Source of the DNA: Octopus sinensis
Taxonomy: Eukaryota
DNA length: 64,000 bases
NCBI RefSeq assembly: GCF_006345805.1
Contig: NC_043000.1
Coordinates: forward strand, 154,442,001 to 154,506,000
Reading direction: 5' to 3'
Shown here: positions 25,745-36,944 of the stretch, in pieces
How the letters are laid out: the number at the start of each line of letters is the position of its first letter
How positions within the stretch are numbered: position 1 is the stretch's first letter
Made by a program: the position numbers and the translations under genes
The notes under the pieces: generated by a model
What the model was told of the DNA's origin: nothing
What the model saw: the letters and a program-made list of their open reading frames with translations, nothing else
Database searches by the model: none

Positions 25745-26976
25745 GAATTTTTAAGGCGGCGAGCTGGCAGAATCGTTAGCACGCTGAGCAAAATTCGATG
25801 ATTTATCCATAGCAACGATTTCTATCTCTTAGTTCCCCATCTAGTATCAATTACCATAGCCACAGACAAGCTGAAAATTGAGTAAATGGTGAGTATTTTG
25901 TTAACTTGCAGTAGTGGGATTTAAATCCACTTTGTATAAAACTTAGCAAGATATTTGAGGTAATGGAAACATGCAAGAGCTTCTACCCCCCATCTAATCC
26001 ATACCGCCAATTCACTTTAATATTGAATCATATTTTTAAAGACATTTTCATAATGCAAATCTCAGAAAATCTAAAAGCTTTGCCTCTGAGAGGATAAGTA
26101 ATGTTCTGTGTTCAGAGCTAATCTTAATCGTATAAAATGCTCTTCAGATAAATGAATATTTTAGCTGAAATTAGTAAAATATTCGCCATAGAATCAGGTT
26201 AATGAAAACAAATTGAAGACTTAAAATAACATTTCATATGATTTATCGAAAATGAAGACATGTAATCTGAAGCCATTAAAGATAGACGACATTGTGAAAA
26301 TAATGAAATTAAAGACTGAAGAACAAGCATAAACGATACATTGGAAAGAAAGACAGACTGGATTAACAAACCGAGAGAAAGGTGGGGAAAATGGGTGCAT
26401 AGTAACAATAAATTTAGAGAGAGTTGCAAATCAGATGAGGGTATTAGGAGCAAAACAGCAATAAAGGTTGGAAAGAAATCGAATAGAGGAAAAAGAGAGA
26501 GGGAAAATTTAAGATATGGTTGGCAGTGGAAAGAACTGCAATGACATCCTCAGCTTTCAGAGTCTGATATATTGTCTTTCTTCACTAAAATAACCAAGCT
26601 GTGAAGTGAGATTCTTAATCGGTTCCATGGTAATAGCAGCCCACGCAGTAGCTAGTTCAATATTTTTAACTTGCCTGTAACGGAATTAAGAATTAAGATC
26701 TTGGCAATTAGAAATAGCTTTTGGAATATATTTTTTTTTCAAGAAGGCAGTGAAATAGTTATTATGGTAGGGCCTGGAACTAATGCTTTCTTTAAAACAT
26801 TCATACTAAACGTAAAGTGTACTAGCCATCTTAATGTGGCTAGCCACTGGGGGTGGGTGTTACTGAAGCTTTTAGCCCCAGGAGATCATCGTCTCCAGCT
26901 GGCTTTAGACACCCTTTCTGTGCCCCTTCTGATATTCGCAAAGGGAGGTCATCCCCTCTTGAAAACCTAAGTGATA

Positions 26977-27021
26977 CATACGGACTATAGTTTCGAGGTT
27001 TTTGCCTCTCGTCAACGTACG
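26977..27021 (-). ncRNA. Type I hammerhead ribozyme motif (C3U variant)
   Basis: CGUACG-UUGACGA-GAGG CAAAAA CCUC-GAAAC UAUA GUC-CGUAUG: 6-bp stem I (one G.U), 4-bp stem II and a palindromic stem III (ACUAUAGU). Predicted cleavage after GUC, between 26983 and 26982. Confidence 0.75.
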
Positions 27022-27165
27022 GTACGAGCGGTTACTGTTTACATCTCGTTCGAAGATTTATTAATGCTTTCAGACAATTTTTCTAAATCAGTGACAGTGG
27101 TTGCTGAGAAAAACATTAAATAGATATTCGCAAACAGGTCTCCCCAATCGAAAACCGGTGATTAC

Positions 27166-27210
27166 CGTACGTTGGCGAGAGGCAAAAACCTCGAAATTAT
27201 AGTCCGTATG
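27166..27210 (+). ncRNA. Hammerhead motif, mutated copy (core UUGGCGA; GAAAU)
   Basis: Inverted twin of 26977-27021 with an A6G core change and C15.2U. Confidence 0.6.
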
Positions 27211-27663
27211 TATCACTTAGGTTTTCGAGAGGGGATGACCTCCCTTTGCGAATATCAGAAGGGCACAGAAAGTGTGTCTAAAGCCAGCTGGAGACGATGA
27301 TCAGTAACACCCCACCCCCAGTGGCTAGTCACATTCAGATGGCTAGTACACTTTACGTTGTCGAGCGGTTACTGTTTACATCTCGTTCGGAGATTTATTA
27401 ATGCATTCATACTAAAATCTCGCTGAAACTGATTTTGTCCATCCAATACATTAGGTACGAGAAACCAGAGTAAAACTCCGTCTCAGACACAACATTTGGT
27501 TAAATGCAGCATGAAGAGACTAAATAGTGACATACACAAGTAGACCGCAACATTTCAGGACAGATACCTATGGAGGAGAGCAATCCACTTTTGATATTGC
27601 AACTCGAGGCTTGACATATGAACAATCATTGTCGATATCGACAGAATATCATTGACGATGAGT

Positions 27664-27711
<48 letters not shown>

Positions 27712-27797
27712 AGTGACGGGGACGAAACACACCAGCATCGGTTGTCAAGCAATGCTAGGGGGACAAACACAGACACACAAACACACACACACACGCA

Positions 27798-27829
<32 letters not shown>

Positions 27830-27835
<6 letters not shown>

Positions 27836-28020
27836 GCATTTTTTTTCTCTCCTTCTTTCTGTGTTTTTTTTCTCTCTGTGTATCTTTCTGTTGAAGAGCG
27901 TAGGCTCGAAACGTTAAAGACTTGTTTTATTTATATTCCTGAGCGCCATACTAATACAATTGTTCGTTTGTTTTCCACCTGCCTTCGTCTTTTGTCTATT
28001 TTCATAAAGCTTCCCGTTAT
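27830..28020 (+). mobile_element. PLE-derived fragment with minimal hammerhead motif, nested in a SINE C microsatellite
   Basis: 27883-27920: UCUUU-CUGUUGAA-GAGC GUAG GCUC-GAAACGUU-AAAGA. Downstream TTCCTGAGCG...TTCCAC resembles 57800-57925 (minus). Flanked by TA repeats. Confidence 0.6.
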
Positions 28021-28462
28021 ATATATATATACACATATATACGACAGGCTTCTTTCAGTTTCCGTCTACCAAATCCACTCACAAGGCATTGGTCGGCCCG
28101 GGGCTATAGCAGAAGACACTTGCCCAAGATGCCACGCAGTGGGACTGAACCCGGAACCATGTGGTTGGTTAGCAAGCTACTTACCACACAGCCACATAGT
28201 GGAATCTTTTTAATTGATTGTTATAATGATTTCAAATTTTAGCACAAGACAAGCAATTTCAAAGGAGTAAGTAAGTCGATTACATCGATCCCAGTGTTTA
28301 ACTGGTACTTTATTTATCGACTCCGAAAGGATGAACGGCAAAGTCGACCTCAGCGGAATTTGAACGAAATACCGCTAAGTATTTGGCTCAGCGTGCTAAC
28401 GATTCTGCCAGCTCGCCGCCTTAAAAATTCAATAATAATAATAATAATAATTAATAATAATA

Positions 28463-28742
28463 AAACAACCCTCAATCAGGGACCTTTTGAGTGGGATGGG
28501 TTACCCGACCAGAAGAAAATTCTAACTGGTCCCCACCCGCAAGGTCATGCGCTGTTTATCTTGTTATGAGATCACCATGTCGCGCACATATGGTTGTGAT
28601 GCATGTGCCTGGTGTACCCTTATCAGACGGGTAGTCATGATGGGTATACTGGGCTTCGTATATTTTACCCCCAGTGTCACTTTGATGGTATGCACTGCTC
28701 TCTCACTCAATAATAATGATAATAATAATAATAATAATAATA

Positions 28743-28773
<31 letters not shown>

Positions 28774-29015
28774 CAACCTCAATCAGGGACCTTTTGAGTG
28801 GGATGGGTTACCCGACCAGAAGAAAATTCTAACTGGTCCCCACCCGCAAGGTCATGCGCTGTTTATCTTGTTATGAGATCACCATGTCGCGCACATATGG
28901 TTGTGATGCATGTGCCTGGTGTACCCTTATCAGACGGGTAGTCATGATGGGTATACTGGGCTTCGTATATTTTACCCCCAGTGTCACTTTGATGGTATGC
29001 ACTGCTCTCTCACTC
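28463..29015 (+). mobile_element. Tandem pair of (AAT)n-tailed retroposon fragments
   Basis: 28463-28708 and 28771-29015 are almost identical, truncated at the same 5' point, and separated and flanked by (AAT)n. Confidence 0.9.
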
Positions 29016-29025
29016 AATAATAATG

Positions 29026-29075
<50 letters not shown>

Positions 29076-29116
29076 TAATAATAATAATAATGATGATGAT
29101 GATGATGATGATGATG

Positions 29117-29159
<43 letters not shown>

Positions 29160-30709
29160 TAATAATGTTTTTCATCGACAATGAATAAGAGGAAATAGTA
29201 TAGAATATTGTGGATGAATGAGTTTTATGTATTTAATTTAATCCCTCCTCGTCCAGAGTCTTTTATATCTCGGGTTGACATGTTATAGTAATACAAAGGT
29301 TAAATTCAATCAACTCTATCTCCGCTCTAGAAAAAATTATGCTAAAAACGAAAAAGAAAACCAAGGTGAGAGACTGGCATAGAGCAAGGAATAATCTGGC
29401 TTTCAGTCTGTTGCTAAACCCCTTCTATTTCACTGTTACTGATAATAGCTGAGTGGAAGAGATGAACGTCACGAATTTTTGCTTCCGCAAAATATAAAGT
29501 ATTTATGCTTACTCTTTTACTTGTTTCAGTCATTTGACTGCGGCCATGCTGGAGCACCGCCTTTAGTCGAGCAAATCGACCCCGGGACTTATTCTTTGTA
29601 AGCCCAGTACTTATTCTATCGGTCTCTTTTGCCGAACCGCTAAGTGACGGGGACGTAAACACACCAGCATCGGTTGTCAAGCAATGCTAGGGAGACAAAC
29701 ACAGACACACAAACACACACACACACACACACACACACTGATTGGCGAAAGTGAAAACAGAAACATTAACTCAATGATATATATATACGACAGGCTTCTT
29801 TCAGTTTCTGTCTACCAAATCCACTCACAAGGCATTGGTTGGCCCGGGGCTATAGCAGAAGACACTTGCCCAAGATGCCACGCAGTGGGACTGAACCCGG
29901 AACCATGTGGTTGGTTAGCAAGCTACTTACCACACAGCCACTCCTGATTTAAAAGAAATCTGTACTAACATATCTGTCATTTCAATTTCAAGGTAGAGTG
30001 ACACCAGTTGACTAAATTCCAAAATACTAACAGAGGTAAATAAATAAAGCAAAACTTACCGTAAAATAAAATAAAAAAATCTCACTGCTGATTCTACAAC
30101 AAAAAACACAGCGCAGGAATCTTAATGTTAAATCTGTCTGGCATCACTAACATGATGTATGAGGCGGAGTTAGGGAGACTAAAACCCCAAACCATATTAG
30201 GTGCTTCCGGTAGAAATGGACGTAAGAAAGTTAAAAGAAACAGAAACGAACGAATTACCTCTGGTTCAGTTGATTATTTCCAACAAATTCTTGCATCTGG
30301 ACTTTTGTTCAATGAAGGGTTTCAGAAATAGTATCTTTGATTTATCTTCAGGTTACGCTCTGATTTCTTCAGAGGAAGCGAGAAATTAATCATTCTACTC
30401 CTAAATAGTTCCACTGTTACGTTCAGTAACACGACGAAAGGTACGTCCATATTTCTCTTCCGCATTCTCTATGTGTGTGAGTGTGTTCGCGCGCGCAACG
30501 ATTAATATTGGTTTTTAAATTTTGGCACAAGGCCAGCAAATTTAAAAGGAAGGGAGTAAGATGATTACTTATTTTATTGCCCCCTCCCCAAAAAAAAGGG
30601 ATGAAAGCAAAGTCGACCACTACGGAATTTGAACTCAGAGCGTAAAGATGGCCGAAATGCCGCTAAGCATTTTGTCCGGCGTGCTAACGATTCTGCCAGC
30701 TCGCCGTCT

Positions 30710-30883
30710 TGTGTAACAAATAGAGAATACCAAACGAGTTTCCTATGGATACCGTATTTATTACAACTCGTGGCTTGTAAACGTATCTAACTCGCTTTCG
30801 CTCGTTAGATACGTTTACAAGCCACTCGTTGTAATAAATACGGTATCCATAGGGAATGAGTTTGGTATTTTATTTATTACACA
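30710..30883. mobile_element. Foldback MITE / long palindrome
   Basis: Arms ~30710-30791 and ~30804-30883 (…GGATACCGTATTTATTACAAC..TGGCTTGTAAACGTATCTAAC / inverse) around the loop TCGCTTTCGCTC. Confidence 0.85.
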
Positions 30884-30957
30884 CGAATAAACGACCATAT
30901 TTTATTAACCCAAAACTAAATTCTTCACGTTTAGTTGTAACTTATGAATGACAAAAG

Positions 30958-31070
30958 TAGTGCCGTCACCGTGACGTCGGGTCATCACCATGGATTGACC
31001 ATCAGAAGCAGCGCTGTCACCGTGACCTCGGGTCATCACCATGGATTGACCAATCAGAAGCAGCGCTCGC
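30958..31070. repeat. Two tandem ~53-bp units containing CCAAT-like motifs
   Basis: GTCACCGTGAC(G/C)TCGGGTCATCACCATGGATTGACC(A)ATCAGAAGCAGCGCT occurs twice. Confidence 0.85.
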
Positions 31071-31472
31071 AGTATCTGACATATGTTAGATACCAAAAAT
31101 ATCTCAAAGTGTTCTCACTCACATGTGTGTAACAATTATTAATATTAAACTAGACTGAGGCAATGAGCTGGCAGAATCGTTATCATGCCGGACAAAAATT
31201 CTTAGCACCATTTTGTCCGTCTTTACGTTCTGAGTTGAAATTCCGTCAAGGTGGACTTTGTCTTTTATCCTTTCGAGGTCGATGAACTAAGTACAAGTCA
31301 AGCACTGGGTTCGATGGCATTGACTCCCCCCTTCCCGCCGAACTTGCTGGCCTTGTGCTAAAATTTGAAACCAATATTAAACTAGACTTCAATAATTAAC
31401 ATCTGCCCGTCGTGACCATAGAGCGTTTGGTCTGGTTAAAATATGATCAAACGCTCTCTATCTGTTCCGGAC

Positions 31473-31860
31473 TGGAGGCGCAATGGCCCAGTGGTTAGGG
31501 CAGCGGACTCGCGGTCATAGGATCGCGGTTTCGATTCCCAGACCGGGCGTTGTGAGTGTTTATTGAGCGAAAACACCTAAAGCTCCACGAGGCTCCGGCA
31601 GGGATGGTGGTGATCCCTGCTGTACTCTTTCACCACAACTTTCTCTCACTCTTACTTCCTGTTTCTGTTGTACCTGTATTTCAAAGGGCCGGCCTTGTCA
31701 CTCTCTGTGTCACGCTGAATATCCCCGAGAACTACGTTAAGGGTACACGTGTCTGTGGAGTGCTCAGCCACTTACACGTTAATTTCACGAGCAGGCTGTT
31801 CCGTTGATTCGGATCAACCGGAACCCTCGTCGTCGGAACCGACGGAGTGCTTCCATCCCA
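31473..31860 (+). mobile_element. SINE family B (tail B1), full length
   Basis: TSD ATCTGTTCCGG. Near-identical to the other B1 copies. Confidence 0.95.
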
Positions 31861-32179
31861 TCTGTTCCGGGCAAAAGTTAATCATTGTCTTGGAATATTA
31901 TTCTTTTATCTCGAATTTCTTTAGAAATATTTTAGTTTTTGGCAGCGACTTGGCTAAGTGGTTAGACCTTCGGACAAAATACTTTGCGGTATCTACCCCG
32001 GCTAGTTGCGTTTTAAGCTCAAATTCCTCCTGCCCATGTCAGTTCAGCATTTCATTTTTACGGAGTCGATTAATAAAGTACCAATCTACGTCGGTGGACC
32101 AGTAGAGTCGTTAGAGCATCGAACGGGATCCCTTGCAGCTTTTGTTCTGACGTTTTGCGTTCTGAGTTGATGGATTGTA

Positions 32180-33065
32180 GATTGTTGCTTGGTCTTAACA
32201 CTGCAATCTGGTTCTTAGATCTCTGCCTGCAGAGTTCGTTCTGTTGCAAGCATTCGCGTCCTTTAAATCTTATGATCTTGTAGATTTTATTGTCCCCAGA
32301 TATCGTGATCATTTGTAACGTACTGATTACGGAGTTGCATTCTTCCCCATCCCAAGAAACCAAGTTCAGTCATACTTTGCTCGGAGTAGGTTTGATATGT
32401 ATCCTGTTGCTCCAATAATAATAGGTATGAAACTGAAAATGTATCTTGGCTATTGGATTCGGAAACTCGAAGACATTTTCTTTCCCAATTATTTTTCTGA
32501 CAACATTGGTGTCCAGAGGGCAGACGATTTCCACAACAGACCATATTTATTCTTGTGGCCCCATGCAATATCTGGCTGGTTGTGTATTAACTTTGTAGCT
32601 GTTTTAATTTCTAAGTCCCACCAGTATTCTTTTGACTCCCACGGTCTCAATATAGTTAAATTTACTAGTATTTTCTTTTTCTTATTCTGTTCCAGATTGT
32701 TCTGGCTACAGTATCATGCTTCGTAGGAAGCTAATATCTATAAGGTGTATGTAAGTACGTTTGTATGTATGTATGTATGTATGTATGTATGTATGTATTT
32801 ATGTATGTATGTATGTATGTATGTATGCATGTATCATTAAGGTGTATGTATGTTTGTATGCATGTGGTTTCAACATAGACACTGTTTACCACATCCCAGT
32901 AAAAAAGCTGTATTTGAGGACTCACTGCACAAGGGTTCGAACTGTAAGCACGTGATTGTGAAACAAACTTCGTCATATTGCATGTCCAACAGGCTATTGG
33001 GTAAGCCATGTCTGTACTCATATTTTCTGATGGATATAGTAGAAAGCCTACTGCACAGTAACCTC
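32180..33065 (-). pseudogene. R2/R4-superfamily (restriction-like endonuclease) non-LTR retrotransposon 3' region, decayed
   Basis: Minus-strand frames give EYWWDLEIKTATKLIHNQPDI, VEIVCPLDTNVVRKII.KEN and IPIIIGATGYISNLL, matching the PD..E...K REL-domain pattern. Contains frameshifts and a TATG insertion. Confidence 0.8.
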
Positions 33066-33069
33066 GAAC

Positions 33070-33234
33070 CACTGGCGTAGGTAAAGTGTGTCCCGCCCTG
33101 GGCGGCCCTTCCGTTTGCAGCTCCTGGACTCCACAAAAAACATATATTACCTACATCAGACCCAAAAGTGCCGCCCCTTTAAAAGTGTCACCCAGGGCGG
33201 ACCGCCACTACTTCACTCCCTGGCTACGCTTGCG
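33070..33234. mobile_element. Small hAT-like MITE, decayed
   Basis: Left end CACTGGCGTAG, degenerate right end CTACGCTTGCG. Flanks CCTCGAAC / CCTCGAAT. Confidence 0.55.
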
Positions 33235-33354
33235 CCTCGAATCCGTAACCATGTAATTACGAAGTAAGCTTCACCATATCGTCATGTTTGTATCTATAAT
33301 TCAGTACTTTGCCTGCTCTGTTTATCTAATTACTACCTCCGGCATCAACAAAAT

Positions 33355-33650
33355 GTGGAGCAGCAATGGCCCAGTGGTTAGGGAAGCGGACTCGCGGTCG
33401 GAGGATCGCGGTTTCGACTCCCAGACCGGGCGTTGTGTGTATTTATTGAGCGGAAATACCTAAAGCTCCATGAGGCTCCGGCAGGGGGTGGCGGCGAGCC
33501 CTGTTGTACTCTTTCGCCCCAACTTTCTCTCACTCTCTCTTCCTGTTTCTTGAGTAATGCTGTGATGGACTGGCGTCCCGTGCAGTTGGTGGGGGTGAGG
33601 GCACACATACGCCATAGAAACCGGAAAACCGGGCTAGGCTTGAAAAGGGC
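33355..33650 (+). mobile_element. SINE family B head with tail B2
   Basis: B head followed by GCTGTGATGGACTGGCGTCCCG...GAAACCGGAAAACCGGG. Confidence 0.85.
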
Positions 33651-33790
33651 GAAAAGAAAAGAAAAGAAGCATCAACACAATATTGATTTTAGTTATTAAC
33701 TAACATAACCACTAGTTTGTATGGTTATTCGAATGAATCAAAGCAATATATGTCAATGTTCTATTCAACTAAACTAAATACCGACTACTG

Positions 33791-34175
33791 TGGAAGCACT
33801 CCGTCGGTTACGACGACGAGGGTTCCGGTTGATCCGAATCAACGGAACAGCCTGCTCGTGAAATTAACGTGTAAGTGGCTGAGCACTCCACAGACACGTG
33901 CACCCTTAACGTAGTTCTCGGGGATATTCAGCGTGACACAGAGAGTGACAAGGCCGGCCCCTTGAAATACAGGTACAACAGAAACAGGAAGTAAGAGTGA
34001 GAGAAAGTTGTGGTGAAAGAGTACAGCAGGGATCACCACCATCCCCTGCCGGAGCCTCGTGGAACTTTAGGTGTTTTCGCTCAAAAAACACTCACAACGC
34101 CCGGTCTGGGAATCGAAACCGCGATCCTACGACCGCGAGTCCGCTGCCCTAAACACTGGGCCATTGCGCCTCCAC
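33791..34175 (-). mobile_element. SINE family B (tail B1), full length
   Basis: Reverse complement of 31473-31860. TSD ACTACTGT. Confidence 0.95.
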
Positions 34176-34429
34176 CAACTACTGTAGTAGTCGTACATAA
34201 CCATAAGAAGGGAATATTACAGACGCAGTACTTTTGATCATGTTGACTCTGTCAAGACAAATTCGGTATTAAACAACAACAATAATCACTGCGAGGGCTA
34301 CAAGTAAAACCAATGCTGCTGGATTTGAACTCAATGTAACTAAACACTAGATATAATTTAATTTGTACTCTTATTGTTTCCTGCCCACTCTACTGGCTGG
34401 TCTTTTTAAAATAAATATCGATCCAGGCA

Positions 34430-36570
34430 TTACTTGAAATTGAAACTAAAAAGGAAGTTGCGAATACTGAAATTGATTTAGTTCTGATACCTAATATTAT
34501 GTTAATATTATGTTTTCTAACAATTACTTGAAACCAAGATCTGAGCGGAAGTGCTGAGGATTGAATTTTATTTATGAATCTTATCTGTTTTTTTCCCCCT
34601 TTTGTAGATAGCATCCACAGTAGTAATGCTTTAAGAGAACATAAAAGAACCTTTTTACAAGTTGTTCTACGTATGATCAACTGTCTTTCTGTACTAGATG
34701 AACATTAGACAAATTTGATACAGTTGAGATCTTTGTGCTTTAGATACAAGAAAATATATATAAGCTGTATGATATACAAAGTTGTAGTCGCTTAAGAAGC
34801 ACTGGGTGTTCTGTAGAAATCTATAGTGACTTTATTCTCTCTAATGTGCGGCAAAGATAAAGGGTCAAAAACTGGTTTTGCATTCTTGTGATTTTAATTT
34901 GAAGTCATGCGTATAAGTATGATGTATGTAATACGATGATGTATTTGAAAGTAGTTTATTATCTAATTTCATGTCAGCTGCTCTAAAATACTCAGGATTT
35001 TAGAGTCTCAAATGACTGATTCGATACAATAAGGTGCGGAACAGTAAGTTAAGCCCGTCACTAAAATACACGGGATATAACTGTCATTTCGGCTAGTTCA
35101 CTTAACTGACAAAAACTCGATTGCATGCGAGACAGAGGCGCTTACTGGCATTTCACTAGCTCGCATTGATGAGATTTAATTCTTCAACGCTTATTAACTT
35201 TGGGTGGAGAAAATTACTTCCAAATTATTTTATCTGAGGCCAAGGGAAAAAGCTACAGAATTTTTTGTTTCATTGCTTTAAGATATTGAATAAAACGTGA
35301 TTTTTTCCAAATATTTGTAATGTCATGTAAATTCTGTAGTCATTGTGTGCAGATCATGTCCTGCAGTTAATAAGCGACATTAAGTATTTGTTTAATTATT
35401 GTAACTATTATATATGATATTTGAATAAAATGTGACATTTTTTCCAGTAATTTTCTCTTCTTTCTGCAACTGTAACTTTTTTACTTTATTTCTACTCACC
35501 ATTTTATCTTTTAGTAAAGTAAACTCTAGCATAATTAAGATGAACACTATAATTTCAATTAATCAAGATTATGCCTGCACCAAGAAGTGGTAAACATGAA
35601 ACAATGCTTAAATCTGTCACACAAAGCAAGAGTGATAACGAAAAAGAAAAAACTTTTGAAATGGGTTGACAAACCGAAACCGCTTTATCCTATATTGAAA
35701 TGGTAAGTATTTAAGAATAGTGTATGTACGACTATATTATCCAAGGTAATTTGTATGTACAAGTGTTTGATTTGGCTGATATATATTTATTTACTCCCCA
35801 CAAGGGGCTAAACACAGAGGGGACAAACAAGGACAGACAAAGGGATTACGCACTGGTGCGTAACTGGTACTTAATTTATCGACCCCGAAAGGATGAAAGG
35901 CAAAGTCGACCTCGGCGGAATTTGAACTCGGAACGTAACGACAGACGAAATACGGCAACGCATTTCGCCCGGCGTGCTAACGTTTCTACCAGCTCGCCGC
36001 CTTGATTTGGTTGATATATTCAACAACTATATCGACCTAATCTATCTTATCTTGCAGGGTTTGCAAAAGCAATGACTACAAACTTTTCTCTTTATTTGTT
36101 TCACCTAATGTATTTACAGAATCTCTTTTCTAATGTTTTGCCTCTTTGTATATCTGCAAGTGCTTACTTACGGCAAATATTTCGTATCTACCAAAGGTAA
36201 AAAACTATATTGCAAAGCAAATATTTGGATAAATAAATATTCTACACGTCTATATGTCCATCTTCGCTTCAATGTACATCAGATGGATTACAAAATGTTC
36301 ATGTAGATTTTGTATTATTCCAACTTTTAATCTAGTTTAGTGATCTGTGGAGACGAAAAACTGACAGATGAATGTAGGGAAGCGTCTCTAAGTCTCATTT
36401 CCCTGACAGTATCTGGTGATGACATGTCAGATTTTGAGACTGACTGCCTCTGTTGGCCACCGGAATCGATTTAAGTTATCTTTGACATTTTACACATCAT
36501 CGCAGAAGTATAGATTTGGTAGAGATGATGGAGGTAAAGTGTTGCTAATAACGGTGGTATTTCATCTAAT
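34430..36570 (+). pseudogene. Possible highly decayed piggyBac-like transposase remnants
   Basis: Weak motif echoes only: ALLEIETKKEVANTEIDLVLIP (~34430) and RNRFKL...D.GKV (~36465-36545). No TIR or TTAA found. Confidence 0.25.
35785..36001 (-). mobile_element. SINE family A (tail A1)
   Basis: TSD TTGATTTGG(C/T)TGATATAT at 35767-35784 and 36002-36019. Confidence 0.92.
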
Positions 36571-36699
36571 GTAATCAATCTTCTGACATTTTAGCCTATG
36601 GTTATATATAACTCATGCATATATATATATATATATATATATTTACGTATGTATGTATATATGTATATATATATGTATATATATATATGTATATGTGTG

Positions 36700-36750
<51 letters not shown>

Positions 36751-36901
36751 CTGTCTGGTAAGAAGCTTGCTTCCCAACCAAATTGCTTCGGGTTCAGTCC
36801 CATTGCGCGGTACCCTAGGTAGGTTTCTTCTATTAAAGCCCCAGAAAGTTGTGAATTGATTTGGTAGGCGGAAACTAAAAGAAACCCACCCTACGCACAC
36901 A

Positions 36902-36944
<43 letters not shown>

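Larger units (their letters stand above)
26811..27403. mobile_element. Penelope-like insertion with inverted pseudo-LTR arms
   Basis: Inverted arms 26811-27024 and 27163-27357. 43-bp direct repeat at 27025-27067 and 27362-27404. 13-bp TSD CATTCATACTAAA at 26798-26810 and 27404-27416. One hammerhead motif in each arm. Confidence 0.75.
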
